Notes under the pieces: model-generated
Seen by the model: only the letters and a program-made list of their open reading frames with translations
What the model was told of the DNA's origin: nothing
Databases searched by the model: none
DNA from: Podarcis muralis
Lineage: Eukaryota
Direction: 5' to 3'
DNA length: 64,000 bases
NCBI RefSeq assembly: GCF_964188315.1
Contig: NC_135671.1
Location: 20,708,001 to 20,772,000 of the forward strand
Shown here: in pieces, positions 36,179 through 50,221 of the stretch
Layout: each line of letters starts with the position of its first letter
Position numbering within the stretch: the first letter of the stretch is position 1
Position numbers and translations under genes: made by a program

Positions 36179-38023
36179 TTCCTAGTATCAGAGCACCTTT
36201 TATAAACAAAATAAGTCAGAATTTGTATCCCTGGCACATTTTGTTAAGAGTCTGCATAATGCTTCAGAAAAGTGAAACCCCCTCAAAAGCAGAGAACTGT
36301 GTTGTGCATCTTATACTTTATTTTGAAAGTAATTTTTTTGAATATAAATTACATGTAAATAAGTATAACATGCCATGAATTAATCTTTACATTATAAAAA
36401 TAATTCAGACACATTTTCAAATGATTTTTACATACAGAAAATCTCTTACCATGTTAAGTGTTTGTATCCTAATTATATGCTTAATAATATTTTTACTGCT
36501 GCAGTAAAAAATACTGTGTTTTACTGCTAATTTGCTACTGCTAAAAATAGGATTGTGTAAGGAAAGTTGTGGGAGACTTTTAACTATAATTATGGGAATA
36601 ACTCTTGATGTATAAAAATCAGCATTTAGCTCCATTTGAAATGCTGCGTAAGGATTTGCCAAGATACAAAGTTGTTGTCATTGACAGATTAATTTGTTTG
36701 TCCAGTAATTTATCTGCATTATTACATGTGCCTTAGAGTTGGGGTGCATATGCATTTATAGTGTTCATAATTCTTGTATGTACATGAATGCAGTGACCAT
36801 CGCCATGTAATGGTTTGTAATACAAGATTTTTATAAGCAGAGTTAGATTCAGACTTACTGTTTTATGAAGGTACTTGTATCCATTGAAGACTCACACCGG
36901 AGAAAGGCAATTTTTGTTAAATTTCCCAGCCATCTATAGACCCCAACACCACACCCCAAGCTTTTCTGGAGAGTTCCAAGCAGATTTTAGGGGAAAGGAG
37001 GATGATAAGTCAAGTTAGTGGAGTTCTGCTCCAGGCAAATCAGACCCCAACCTATGATATTGTGGCAGTTCTTTCATTATTGAATCCAATAACTCTGATA
37101 ATGTGTTGTTAATGGAATCATATAGAAGGGTAGACATATTTTACATCAGTACTATGAGATTCCAGGTATGTGCAATCGTGATATTGTATCACCCTCGTCA
37201 AGTCTAACTGTAAATACAGTGTTAACCTTAGATGCTAAAATGAAAAATACTTAAAAAATTAAAAAGGAGAGTATGTAGCTTTTGAGTTCGTTGAGTGTGT
37301 ATGTATTGTAATTGCATATGTTCTTGCAATTCTTGAAGTGCTTGTTTGACCTTATTCTTTGTTTTTAAAAAGTGTACCAGTTACAATCCACTGAGAGCGA
37401 AAAAATGCAAATCCTCAATTCTACGTAATCGTGTATTGGTCCAATGTGCTACTGAGTTGTCCTCATCTACAAGGCTCTATGAGGTTTAGCCTTCACACAT
37501 AAACTATAAAAGAGTTTTCTAGATTTGAGCCTAAATTTAGAAAATATGTATAAACCTCATTGGTTGTAGTTTTGCTTTTGTTCATTATCTTGATCAGTAT
37601 AGCTAATTAAATCATCAATGGGTTGGACTGATTTCCTTACTTACAGCACTCACGCCTGGTCTCCCAGTGACATTTGGTTCATTTTAGTTCTTTGTGCAGC
37701 TCGACATTATAAATTTGGACTCCCATCAAGAAACGAAATCATGGCCAAGGATTGCAAGTCCCTGGCGTTCACCAAAGCAGAAGTTGGATTATGGTAACCC
37801 ATGGATGTGCGCTCTCCTGAAAACTGCTGCTTGTGAGATATGCTTCAGTAAAGTAGAAACAATAGCAACTAGACTGTGGCTAATTAGCACTTCCCCATAA
37901 CAGGGACCTTGCTATAGCAACATGACTTTTGGGGGCATATTACCATTTAATTGGGATTAGTTTTGTATTGTTTTTGGTTTCTTAAGGAGGATCACAAAAT
38001 GTTCATATTTTTACAGATATATA

Positions 38024-38234
38024 CAGTGTTGCATAACCTCCAGGTTACAGAATCTTTGGGTTACGGCCGCAGCAAACCCAGAAGTTTATACTTCCAGGTT
38101 TTGCCGCTCGCACATGTGCAGAAGTGCTCTATCGTGGTGCGTGTATGCACAGAAGCAGCGCCTCTAGTTACAGATTTATCAGGGTGCGCATGGCACCCCA
38201 AAATGAATTAAATCCGTAACCAGAGGTACCACTG
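38024..38234. mobile_element. Tc1/pogo MITE
   Basis: Right TIR GTAACCAGAGGTACCACTG, degenerate left TIR CAGTG...AACCTCCAGGTTAC, TA flanks. Confidence 0.75.
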
Positions 38235-38416
38235 TATTTGGATGTCAATACATCCATCAGCTTAAGGTTTTGCAAAAGGCATTGCCTGGAAGCAAACCAA
38301 ACCTGAACTGTACCATGCATTGCCATATAAACAAAGGGTTTCTGTTGGCATTAGTGGAACTTTTTGTTGGAATCCTTCTGTCTTGGGAGACAATGGAGGA
38401 TTGCACCTTTGGAGAG

Positions 38417-38550
38417 TTGTGATTCAAGGACCCGCTACCCACTTGAGGATAAGAAAGACACATGGACATGGTATATTAGGTTAATGGGCTAAAAAAGGCC
38501 ACAACTTTATTGATTACAGCATGTGAGTGGTATTGGCGTAGGCATTGGAT
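38417..38550 (-). mobile_element. LTR-like TTGCG...CGCAA family, 3'-terminal fragment
   Basis: TTGTG terminus at 38417, then GGCCACAACTTTATT and GGTATTGGCGTAGGCATTGG. Confidence 0.7.
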
Positions 38551-40278
38551 AGCTCATAGTTATTTGATGTATCGGAACAAACAAGTTTTATTCCAAAATT
38601 GTGTTTCAGAGTGGGTGCTGTTGTATTATTAATTTAATATATGGTATTTATTTATTTTAGATAACCTATACTCCGCTTTCCTTTCCCAAAATGAAGTGGA
38701 TTTTCCACAATCACATTGAAATTAACAATTTTATATAATTCTTTCCTGTAAAAGATATTTGGACTTTTTAAGCTATTCACTGATTGATGAAGTGCCAGCC
38801 TCTTTTCCCAAGTGAATTAGAAATTTGATTGTGACTGAGACTCTATAATACAATCTGCTATCTCTCTCAATAGTAAGAAATAATAAAAGCAAAATCACAA
38901 TATGGAGTTGCCATTAACAGCTGACCTATGTTCAGTAGAGCCATGTAATTGAATAATACAGTTTATGAAGAGAGTGAATTATTAGAAGAAATGGAATTTA
39001 AGAGTAGCAAAATGATAAGGCAGCTGCTGGATGAGTGTAAAAATAATTCTACAATCCAGGTGTGGATGGAGGGTGAGAGAGAATTCTGTCTTTGATCCCC
39101 TTGGGCTAGTTACATCCCTTAGCCATAATGACTTTGAAGGTCCATTACGACAAATATAAATAACTGCAAAGCATTTCTTTGTTGATGGTGACACAATTTC
39201 GCAGGTAAAAGGCAATCAGGATGAAATTATATTCTTCACATTTAAGTTACACATCAACAAAATGCGACAGACACAGATAAAAGTAAGATATGGGCTCAGA
39301 TAGGCTGCGCATCAGAATAGTAAGAGATTTTGAAAGTCTCCATTCTACTTTTTATGCAGACTAGTAATCTTTGAAGTATAGTAACCAGAGTGCACACACA
39401 TACCTCTCTTTTTACAGTAGTCATAAAAATACATTGGTCGGTGAATATAATAGTGTTACAAAAGTCCCATACCTGCGCCCCCCTCTGCCAAGCAGTGGCC
39501 AGAGCGCATGAGGTCACAGGCACACACACAGGGTCTGTGTCCCTTTGGAGAATAGAAGGCACTGTGGAGACTGTCGTGCTTTAAGGAATAGGGTTTATTT
39601 ACCTATTTACACCCTCGGTCTGCATGGAGGGCCCCAGATCTTACAGCATGGCCCAAAGCATTGCAGGCAGTCCTTCTTTTACCCTCGCCAAGATGGATCT
39701 CCCCCTTCTTCCTCCTCCTCCTTCCCAGAAGTCCCTTGCTTTCCCCCAGAGCAGTTACCCTGGCAACCTTCCAGATCTCCAGTCTCTGGTCACATCAGGG
39801 ACAAGGAGTTGTTGACCATCCTCAATGGCTCTCTATTGTAATGCAAACTGCTCTGCTCTTCCCTTGGCTAGCCAGACTGGTTTGCCTAGGAATCTACTGT
39901 CTGGCACAGCCCCACAGTTTGATGTTTTTTTAAAAAATCTATATCCCAATCAAAATCCTAGAATTTAGGGGGATCCCTCCTACTTCTAGAACGATAGTAA
40001 GGCTAACACTGTTCAAACTTCCATTCTCAACACCAGAATCTTAGAAAAACCTAAAGGAAACAAACGAGGAATAAGAAAAACCAATGGGCAGACATTACAG
40101 CTAAACAGACATTTGGCAAAACTGATTGTCTTCCAAAGAACAGAAGATTGTGTTCTTCTAAAACCTGCTTGGCTTTTAGAAAGCTCCACAAACTAGGAAG
40201 GTTTCCTGGGCTTGAATCAAAGCTACATAATAGAAGAAAATTAAACTAAACCCATTACAGAAAACTATCTCATACCCA

Positions 40279-40642
40279 GGGGATGCGGGTAGCGCTGTGG
40301 TCAAAACCACTGAGCCTCTTGGGCTTGTCGATTGGAAGGTCGGCAGTTTGAATCCCTGCAACGGGGTGAGCTCCCGTTGCTCGGTCCCTGCTCCTGCCAA
40401 CCTAGCAGTTCAAAAGCACGTCAGTGCAAGTAGATAAATAGGTACCGCTCCCGCGGAAAGGTAAACGGCGTTTCCATGTGCTGCTCTGGTTTCGCCCGAA
40501 GCGGCTTAGTCATGCTGGCCACATGACCTGGAAAAACTGTCTGCAGACAAACGCCGGCTCCCTTGGCCAGTAAAGCGAGATGAGCGCCGCAACCCCAGAG
40601 TCGTTCACAACTGGACTAAACTGTCAGGGGTCCTTTACCGTT
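40279..40642 (+). mobile_element. Sauria SINE, full length
   Basis: 13-bp TSD TATCTCATACCCA at 40266-40278 and 40643-40655. Confidence 0.95.
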
Positions 40643-41405
40643 TATCTCATACCCAAAGCTGGACTCCAAATGCACACTTACCACTAAAATGGAAAGCAAG
40701 AGTTGAGATCTCTATTTTGCCTGTGTGAATTTTGTATTCACTTCCTTTCCCACTGGCCTTCAATGCTTCCAACAGCAACTCAAGCATCTTTGTGATTGTT
40801 TCTGTGTGGAAAATACTGGCTAGGTGGGCAAGGACTTATTTTTCTCCCTCTAACCCAGGTATAATGGTTTTCCTGTTTGAAAACATCTAGATTATTCAGT
40901 GCCGTATGCTGCAGAGAGCTGCAGCTTAGTTATAGGCTGAAACCGTAGCATCTCCAGGTAGGATCAGGAAAGATCCATTTCTAAGATGCTAGACAGCTGA
41001 CTGCAGTCAGATATTCATTGCAGTGCCCCCAGATGCTGTTGGACCCCCATCAGCCCCACCTACCATGGCCAGTGATCAAGGATGAAGGGAATTTACAGTC
41101 CAACAATATCTGGAAGGGCACCATGTTAGCTACCCTGGGTGTCTATCAGGAATGGGGAAGTTCAGGTAGAGGAAGGCCTTTCACCTTGTCTATCCATCCT
41201 TTGGGACTCTCCCATGGCCATAGCTTCTCCCAGGCCACGCCCGCTCTCCTCAGGCCACATTCCTCACTCCTGCTTGGGATCATCCTTGTGTAGCTTTGCC
41301 TGGCTGGAGTTGAGATTCAGTCTCTTGGTTCCTTGCATGTGTTTGTGTGCAGAAGCTCCATCTTTTGTGGAGCTAGAATGTAACCTACTGAACAAAGGTA
41401 AGATC

Positions 41406-41540
41406 TAGTGCTTCTTTTCTACAAAAGGAGGTGCTGGAACTCGCCGTGAACACCTCCATTGTTCTCTTATAATGGCAATGGTGCCCACCTGAGAGGTGCC
41501 AGAACTGAGTTCCAGCAAGTTCCACCTGAAAAAAGTACCG
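41406..41540. mobile_element. Short hAT-type MITE
   Basis: Degenerate TIRs TAGTGCTTCTTTT / AAAAAAGTACCG; 8-bp TSD GTAAGATC / GTAAGCTC. Confidence 0.7.
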
Positions 41541-42402
41541 GTAAGCTCCATTCGCTTTGGACACTGTCAACATCACTTTGCCTCGAGCTCCATCCAGCCC
41601 CAGCATGCAGCTCCTGGAAGGAATGTGTCCTTGAGATGACAAAAGTCCCCCCACCAGTATAGACAATAAATAGTTAGGGAAACTTCCAAACTTCCAAACT
41701 GCTGCTTATGGTTCTATTAAAAATTACCCAGAAATCCATCCAGCTAAGAGGGGAAGATTATGTTCTTCCTCTCCCTCTCACTACAAGAGATGAGGACAGG
41801 GATGTTTCACCATGGCTGTAATGACATGGATATGACATGGATTCCTGGAGTCAGATAATGGCACCCGCCATCACCGGAGGCCTTAAGGGATGTAATATGT
41901 TAATTAAACAATCTTGCCATTTTGTTCTAAAAGCACAAGGGAAATCTTTTCATAAATTAAAAAGGTGCCACCATATTTCATCTGCCTTTGGATTGCAGGA
42001 TATAAGTTAATTCTGTCCTTTGTATTTAATTGCAAAAATCAACAAAACACGAGGGCCATATGTTTTCTTACTTAGCTTAAATGTCATACACATGAAACTT
42101 CTTGCCTGCTGAGTTTTTCTTAACAGTTTTTTAACTTCCTGATTGTTCAGTGTGAAGACTGAAGAACCATTTAAAAGAACAAAAAATAATGTGGAACTGT
42201 ATTATTTTCTTTTCACTGAGTTACCAAAATCAAAAGCTTTTTCACTAGATAACCTTTGACAGATAAAAATGTTACCCTCGGAGCATGTTCCCTGGAAGGA
42301 GAACAACAGTAGTTTACAATTCCAGTATAATGTAACCCATCAAATTGTCCAAAATATATACTGATTGACCACTCAGATCAATTGCGGAGCTTGGCTGAAG
42401 TA

Positions 42403-42649
42403 CCGTATTGGCTCCGATATAAGCTGCACCCGCAAATAAGCCACACCTTTAAAATTTGGCGGCTTGGGGGAGGCTTGGGAGCCGTGGATGGGACAGATGC
42501 CATTGCCCTGAGCTCCTGGGCTGCTACCTGGGGGGGGGGGGGAGCCACGCTGCTTTGCTGGCGGCGTAAGGTCACGAATATAAGCCACACTTTAACTTTT
42601 CACGATCTGAATTTGGAAAAAAAAGTGTCTTATATTCGGGCCAATATGG
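42403..42649. mobile_element. Tc1/pogo-type MITE (CCGTATT termini)
   Basis: TIRs CCGTATTGGCTCCGATATAAG / CTTATATTCGGGCCAATATGG, TA TSD. Confidence 0.85.
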
Positions 42650-43178
42650 TATATATAAATACTACAACACTGGGAAGAAACACACTTGGAATGTTCTATA
42701 GCCTTTCATAGAATTTGGAACAGTAGAATAGTGAGCAATAGCAGCTGCTGTCATGGGGGTCTCTGCACTCTCCCCTGGTCTCCCAGAACACAGAGAGACA
42801 TGAAGAAGATGGAGCAATGAGAGACAAGGTGATGTAGCCTTAGACTGCTGGGGAAGGAACCAGGGAAGAGCCTTATAGAGCCGTGGGAAGGTAGGGACCG
42901 TCAGTCCTCTCAACTGCCTCATTGGGCAGGACCTACTGTCATCACTAAGCCTGCGTTGTTTAGCTTTCTTTGGATGACAAATTAACTTTGCTGACAGTGG
43001 TAGTTTTTTATTATTATTGCTGACCTACTCCTAAGTCCAGCTCCTGACAGGTAGGCAGGAACTAATTCAGGCTTAGAGCCACAGTCCTCTGGTTTATTTT
43101 GTATTCCATTCTGCCTTTATGTCTGCTTTTCATCTACATTTTATTTCTCATAAAGTGCTGACCACTGAAATGTGTGTA

Positions 43179-43384
43179 CAGTGGAACCTTGGTTCCCAAA
43201 ACGTTTGAAAACCAAGGCACGGCTTCCGATTGGCGCAGGCGCCCCAGAAACAATAGCCGACAGCCACATCAGATGTTCGGCTTCCGAAAAACATTCGGAA
43301 ACCGGAAGACTTACTTCTGGGTTTTCGCTGTTCGGGAGCCAATTTGTTTGTCAACTAAGCCATTTGAGAACCAAGGTTCCACTG
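43179..43384. mobile_element. Tc1/pogo MITE related to 12220 and 48987
   Basis: TIRs CAGTGGAACCTTGGTTC / GAACCAAGGTTCCACTG, TA TSD. Confidence 0.9.
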
Positions 43385-43813
43385 TATTTGCCAAACTTAG
43401 GATTCTAGAATCCCCACATGTGTATAGAATCCAGGCTACTGAAATCAGCACGTTCTTCTGAGCTCTGGGAGAGACCTGGGGAGCCTTTAAACTCTGAGTA
43501 ACTTATAAGGGAATCATCCGGGAAATGCAGGGTGAGTTGGTCTCAGAATTGCTGGTCTTTAGGAAGTTGGGAGTAGTCTGCCAGGGAAATGAACATCCTG
43601 CTTTGATCTCTGCAGTGGGATAAGGCAGCTGGAAGTTAGCTCTTCTTTTCCCAGCAAGTTGCGTGCAAAATTTAACCAAGGGGTGCTGGGTGCATTGGCC
43701 TTTTGAAAATGGTAACTGCTTTGGCAGCATCCCCAACCCCACCATCCTTGTTTCTGGATCTGTAGGTGACCAAAAAGATGATGGGGTGGCAACAACTACT
43801 GTATAGTAAAGCA

Positions 43814-44059
43814 GAGAGCCAGTGTGGTATAGTGGTTAAGAGTGGTGGACTCGTAATCTGGTGAACCGGGTTTGCTTCCCCGCTCCTCCACATGCAGCTG
43901 CTGGGTGACCTTGGGCCAGTCACACTTCTCTGAAGTCTCTCAGCCTCACTCACCTCACGGAGTGTTTGTTGTGGGGGAGGAAGGGAAAGGAGATTGTTAG
44001 CTGCTTTGACTTCTGGTAGTGATAAAGTGGGATATCAAATCCAAGCTCTTCTTCTTCTT
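43814..44059 (+). mobile_element. tRNA-derived SINE (Squam3-like), second copy
   Basis: GAGAGCCAGTGTGGTATAGTGGTTAAGAG head; body nearly collinear with 12663-12920; (CTT)n tail. Confidence 0.82.
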
Positions 44060-45258
44060 GCAGTTTGACAAGGAAAGCTCTCCCCAACATCGCAACAAAA
44101 CCTAGATGTGGAAGTTCACTTTTCACCTAAGTACAGCCAGAGCAAATTGTGCACTAATTAGCGCAGCTATGATAAGACAAACAGAATTGTGTTTTTCACC
44201 CTCTTTCAAACCTTGCTAAGTTATAGCTGATATATTTTCTTGCTGATCTTGGAGGATGGATAACTTTATCTGGTGGGTGGTCTCGTATGTGACACAGAGA
44301 GGGAAGTTCCATCCAAAAAAATAAGCTATAATAATAACCGTTTGGGATTAGCCTTGGAGACCTATAAATCTTTCATAGCTCAACAGCTCTAGAGAGAGTG
44401 ATTTCTTTTAAGTAGCCTCATGATTAATAGCAACTTTGTTCTGCTATGAGAACAGGGAAACACATTTTTAAAAGGCTTAATGCTACGAGAAACTAAAAGA
44501 ACTTAATCTAATATAATGGTTACAATTTGGCACAGTCACACAACTTAGCAGTGGGCATGGAAATGCACATATAGGCCAGGATCCAAGCAAGCTCCGGAGG
44601 GGTTTGGTTGCCCCCGCCCCCGCCCAAACAGCAACTCCATATGCCTCATGCCAAATTGCAAACGGAGTTTGACACCAAATGTTGAAAGCAGTTTGAGATA
44701 TGGCAAGAAGATCAGCTGTTTCAAGGGGGAGGAGGGTGTCAGGAATCTCACTGGGTATGCCGAAGCCTTTGGGCATACCCTAAGTAGCTCTTTGGATCCA
44801 AGCCACGAATTGCATGGAATGGAAAGATGTCCGGCTTGAACTCTTGAACTTTATTAAATATAGCACATTTATATGAAATTGCCTAAAGGGATAATATCCT
44901 TTTACTCAGCATGCTTTTAATTCCGTACAAGTATTTATTTATTTATGCTAGGGAGTATATTTCCAGTAGCCTCAAGATAACATATATTGTGCAGACCATC
45001 TTTCCTTAAATCAACATATTTTGATAGTCAAGGCTGTAAAAGCATTATTTCTTTGTAGATTTGAATCCATTACCAGTTTCATGTAATCAGTACTTACGAT
45101 TGAGGCTGATCTGACCAGTCTCTTACTGAGATTTGGACTGTGCTTGACCTTCTAAGCATTCTGTATTTTTACAGAATTATTGTGGTATCAGTTGCTGAGC
45201 TTAACTTTTGATGTGAACGAACACAAAATGTTGTATCCATTGTAGCAAATGATAGTTG

Positions 45259-45260
<2 letters not shown>

Positions 45261-45304
<44 letters not shown>
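45261..45304. repeat. (AAT)n microsatellite
   Basis: Direct reading. Confidence 0.95.
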
Positions 45305-45424
45305 GACATATATTGGGGTTGTAGAAGCAGAGCTAACAAAACAAAACATCCTTCCCAGTTTGCTAACGTTGCATTTTAAGTTGTCGTGACCTTTCCTGGG
45401 ACCTTGGGGTGAAAGGCAAGTAAT

Positions 45425-45461
<37 letters not shown>

Positions 45462-45462
45462 A
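45425..45462. repeat. (GAT)n microsatellite
   Basis: Direct reading. Confidence 0.95.
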
Positions 45463-46532
45463 TTACATAGAGTGTATCATCATTTAATCTGAGTGGCTGC
45501 AAAACTAACTCTTGTCTGCTTCCTATAGACAACCTGGATGGAGATAAATAAAAAGGCAGTTACTTGAACAAAATGCTGGTGGGTGGGTGTGTTTATTTTA
45601 ATTGGCCATGTTGTTTCAATTTCAGATATTAATAAAGGCTGAGGCACGCAACAAGCCTGTCTGAGCAGAACATTAAGTCTGGCTTCAAGAGGTTCACACA
45701 CTGGATAAAGTGTTGCTCATATGTGTGGCTTGAGAATCTAATGTTAATTATTTAAATACAAGGTTCCTTCATTCAGTCTCTGGGTGGCCCCTCTCGGGTT
45801 TTGGCTGTTATTAAAAGAATTTGTAGCATTGCAGGAATAGGATTTTTCAATGAAGAGCCTTAATAATTAAATAAACGCTACATGTTCGAAACACACTTTT
45901 CTGATGTTAATGCTGTATTCATTTATTCCCTAATGCTTAAAAAAATATTGCTGCATACTGCATTTCTTTGAGTGGGTTTATCCAACATAGATTTACATCG
46001 TGCCTAGGCTAAATGACAAATAACCAAGCAACATTAGCATTAATCATTTCCATTCCTGAATTTACTTTCAAGGCATTGTTGCTGGATAAGTGACTTTTGC
46101 AATAAGGCAAGCATTTTTTTTGCTTCTGTGAATATCTGTTTATTTAAGCCATTTATAGAGTGTTTTGCTTCTGAATGTGACTTTTTGATAATGTTTTTTT
46201 GAGCTGCTGCATATGATATATATTTAAAAATATATCCAAGCACATTTCCAAACACCAAAGTAAGTTACTGTAAAAAAAAAAGTGCATAAGCTGTGAATCA
46301 AGGGCATTTAAAAGTTAAAGGAATGAAGCTTTATTCAGGAGCTAATTATAAAAATCGCATTGGAAACTAGCACAGCTCATCTAGGCACTATTAGTACTAC
46401 TACTACTATTAGATGTGGACTGCTGGTTATTAGAGATTATTACTATTACTATTATTATTGTTGTTAGATGGGGACTGCAAGACTTTGCTTGCACTATATT
46501 CTATGGCTAACCTCTGAGAATAATTATAGATA

Positions 46533-46758
46533 CAGTGGTACCTCGGGTTACTTATGCTTCAGGTTACAGACTCCGCTAATCCAGAAATAGTACCTTGGGT
46601 TAAGAACTTTGCTTCAGGATGAGAACAGAAATCGTGCTCCAGTGGCGCGGTGGCAGCGGGAGGCCCCACTAGCTAAAGTGGTGCTTCAGGTTAAGAACAG
46701 TTTCAGGTTAAGAACAGACCTCTGCAACGAGTTAAGTACTTAACCAGAGGTTCCACTG
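46533..46758. mobile_element. Tc1/pogo MITE (8813 family)
   Basis: TIRs CAGTGGTACCTCGGGTTA / TAACCAGAGGTTCCACTG, TA TSD. Confidence 0.92.
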
Positions 46759-47702
46759 TAATCTAACCTAGAGGTTATCAGAGCACAGACGATAGAAATT
46801 AGGCTATCCCTGTCCACATACCCTTTTTTCAGTCAGGTACTCAGAACTGTGCAACTATAGACTGTGCAACTGAGACTCCTGGGTATAGGGTGGTATGTAA
46901 ATTTAAATAACAATGATAATGATGGCGACAGCACACAGGGGAAGAAGAGAGGGAATGTTCTATCTGAGAATCTGAAATGCTTACCCTGATGAAACAGTCA
47001 CCTATGCTCAACATTCAATTCCCTACTTACTTTGAAATATTTTCCATTTTTAAATCATTGGAGCCTACATATGAAGCAAATGGAAGGTTGAGGTTCAAAA
47101 GTATAAACATAGAAAGTTCATGAAAAGTTTTAAATGGCACTCAGTTTTAGGATGAATTCTCTTTATTTCTAGTATAAAAACATTTCTGATATACCACAGC
47201 ATATCTGGGTTTGTTTTATTTTAATTGATAACAATTGAACAGGAGGATTATGCAAACTTGCAATCATTTAAGAATAGCCTTCAGTATGCTATAGTGAATA
47301 TTTTAAAATGGTAAAAACTATGATATATTAAATAATTCCAGAAAGACATGCAAATCAGACTTGATTTTTTAATTTTTAATTTGAAAACCCACAAGCTCTT
47401 CCTTGCATGTGAATTAAGTATGAAAATATTTGAAACAGCCAGGACTTTTGAATGAAGATTGATTCCTTATACATTGATTTCCATGAAATGCCTACTATTC
47501 GCTTGGGCCTTCAGGAACTTAGTGTCCCAGGGACTGAATAACTGTAAATATGATAATGTACTGTAGATTTTAGGAATAGTAGTGTTTTTATTTATTTTAT
47601 TTTATTGTGAAACATTTTGTAATGGTATTTTATGTTTTACACTACCCTGGGCCCATTTGGGATGAAAAGTTATTTAGAAATAATACTAATTATAATAGTA
47701 AT

Positions 47703-48049
47703 AAAGGTAAAGGTAAAAGGACCCCTGACCATTAGGTCCACTCGTGGCCGACTCTGGGGTTGTGGTGCTCATCTCACTTTATTGGCTGAGGGAGCCGGCG
47801 TACAGCTTCCGGGTCATGTGGCCAGCATGACTAAGACGCTTCTGGTGAACCAGAGCAGAGCACGGAAATGCCGTTTACCTTCCCGACAGAGCGGTACCTA
47901 TTTATCTACTTGCACTTTGACAAGCTTTTGAACTCCTAGGTGGGCAGGAGCAGGGACCGAGCAACGGGAGCAATGGGGATTCGAATCGCCAACCTTCTGA
48001 TCGGCAAGTCCTAGGCTCTGTGGTTTAACCCACAGCGCCACCCGCATCC
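47703..48049 (-). mobile_element. Sauria SINE, full length
   Basis: Minus strand starts GGATGCGGGTGGCGCTGTGG and ends with a CCTTTACCTTT tail. Confidence 0.9.
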
Positions 48050-48525
48050 TTTAATAACAGTAATAGTAGTTATTATAATGATAGCAGCATCGGCTTTGGC
48101 AAATGGATGTTAGTGTTAACCTGATGGAATTGGCAGCCTTTGTGAAAGAGGTATGGCAAACTCGCACCTCTGTTTTGCCTTCAGTTGAGATCCTGTTAAA
48201 GGAGCTTCCTACAATATTTTATAACACCTCACTATTACACATCCTCCAATGATATCACACACATGAGATTGTGCCCTTTTGTATCTTGTGGATACAAAAT
48301 ACAAAAATTACCAAGGATGGTGAAGTAAGTGTTTAATCCTCACTGGCCTTCTGCTTTGTCTATTTTCTAATGCCTCACTATTACACATCCAGCAGATGCA
48401 AAACTGGCAACAGCAGTTTCCAGCATGAGCTAATGACTGGTCCAAGGTCACATTGTGACCATCATGGTAAATTGAGGGTTTGAATCTGGTTCTCCCTGAG
48501 TAGTATGAGATTCATACTAATAGTA

Positions 48526-48980
48526 ATATGACACCGGTCTTGAAAGACCTACATTGGCTCCCAGTACGTTTCTGAGCACAATTCAAAGTGCTGGTGTTGA
48601 CCTTTAAAGCCCTAAACAGCCTCGGCCCAATATACCTGAAGGAGCGTCTCCACCCCCATCGTTCTGCCCGGACGCTGAGGTCCAGCGCCGAGGGCCTTCT
48701 GGCGGTTCCCTCATTGCGAGAAGCAAAGCTACAGGGAACCAGGCAGAGGGCCTTTTCGGTAGTGGCGCCCGCCCTGTGGAACGCCCTCCCATCAGATGTC
48801 AAAGAGATAAATAACTACCTGACATTCAGAAGACATCTTAAGGCAGCCCTGTTCAGGGAAATTTTTAATGTATTATATTTTAGTGTTTTTTTGGTTTCTA
48901 TGGAAGCCGCCCAGAGTGGCTAGGGAAACCCAGCCAGATGGGCGGGGTACAAATAATAAATTATTATTATTATTATTATT
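48526..48980 (+). mobile_element. L2 LINE 3' end, relatively young
   Basis: Reads TPVLKDLHWLPVRF*AQFKVLVLTFKALNSLGP...RAFSVVAPALWNALP; ends GGGCGGGGTACAAATAATAAA followed by (TTA)n. Confidence 0.9.
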
Positions 48981-48986
48981 CCATTA

Positions 48987-49236
48987 CAGTGGTACCTCGG
49001 TTTTCGAACGTAATCCATTCTGGAAGACCGTTCGACTTCCGAAACGTTCGAAAACTGAGGTGCAAAGGGCGGTCTGCAAATTTAGTGGATAAAATTGAAA
49101 AACGTGCAGTGGAAGCCTTCCAAGGTGTTCGACTTCCAAGGTGCGTTCAAAAATGGAAGCATTTACTTCTGGGTTTTTGGTGTTCAAAAACCGAAACGTT
49201 CAGCTTCTGAGATGCTCGAAAACCAGGGTACCACTG
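48987..49236. mobile_element. Tc1/pogo MITE
   Basis: TIRs CAGTGGTACCTCGGTTTTCGA / TCGAAAACCAGGGTACCACTG, TA TSD. Confidence 0.9.
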
Positions 49237-49487
49237 TATTGCGTTGCACTGGTTCTCATGACATGACTGCAGCGTCACAGCTCTTGGCTTTTGCTGCTTA
49301 TAGTAACTACTTTTTTTATTCTAAATTTTAATACCTTGTTGCAGGACTTCTTGGGTTGGTCCAAAATAAAAAAGGAGCACTGCCTTTTTTAATTTAATCT
49401 GAAAAGTATGAACAAAGACATATTTATTCCAGCTTTACCTGTAGAAAGTATAGTCAGTGTTACTGCGCAATCTGTATAATCTAGTGC

Positions 49488-49622
49488 CACCTTCCTTAAC
49501 CTTCGTTCCCCAGATGGTTTTGAACTACAACAACCATCATCCATGACCACTGGCCATGCTGGCTAAGAATGATGGGAGTTGTAGTCCAACAACATATGGG
49601 AACCCAAAGTTGAGAAAATGTG
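49488..49622. mobile_element. Short palindromic hAT-type MITE; relatives at about 3030-3130, 41020-41135 and 60380-60507
   Basis: Inner inverted motif GAACTACAAC...CCATCATCC / GATGGGAGTTGTAGTCC. The copy at 60380-60507 has TSD CCTTAAAC / CCTTGAAC. Confidence 0.65.
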
Positions 49623-49709
49623 ATCTAGATTAATTCTAGTGAAACACTAGAGAGAAATTGCTAAATAAAGGAGGAAAACTTGTTCCCTCAAAATAAAAGA
49701 GGACGCAGG

Positions 49710-49711
<2 letters not shown>

Positions 49712-49748
<37 letters not shown>
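49712..49748. repeat. (TG)n microsatellite
   Basis: Direct reading. Confidence 0.95.
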
Positions 49749-49749
<1 letters not shown>

Positions 49750-50221
49750 CAACACACAATTATGCACAATACTAATCTATTGAACTAAATGTCTGTCAAA
49801 TTTATAAGTGCACATTTGTTTTTATTCTGAGATATTTGAAATTTAAACTCCTATAAAACCATTTTAAAACTGTTCATTGCAAGTATGTGCAATGTTCAGT
49901 CCTTTGGGGAAAATTAGTGTCCAATTCAGATTAATTTTTGCTTTAATTGTGCCTTTGGTGACAGATGATGAAAAGTCAATTACATAAACTACTTGAGTCT
50001 CATGCAGTTCAATTATAAAATTCACATTTACACAATTAAGTAAAACTATCTACTAACAATAATAAAGATGCTACTTCAAAGGTTTTCTTAGTGCTGAATT
50101 TTCCAGCTTAATGGATTTCTGTGTGTTCAGGAGAATGAGAAACCTGTGATGTCATACCTGTAATAAGAGTCAAATTAAGCCAAATTTCATAAAGCGTGTT
50201 CTCCTTCATGGAGAGCACGTG

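Noticed and set aside
39572-40010. Possible solo LTR starting TGTCGTG with a reversed AATAAA
   Set aside because: No matching CA end with a TSD could be located.
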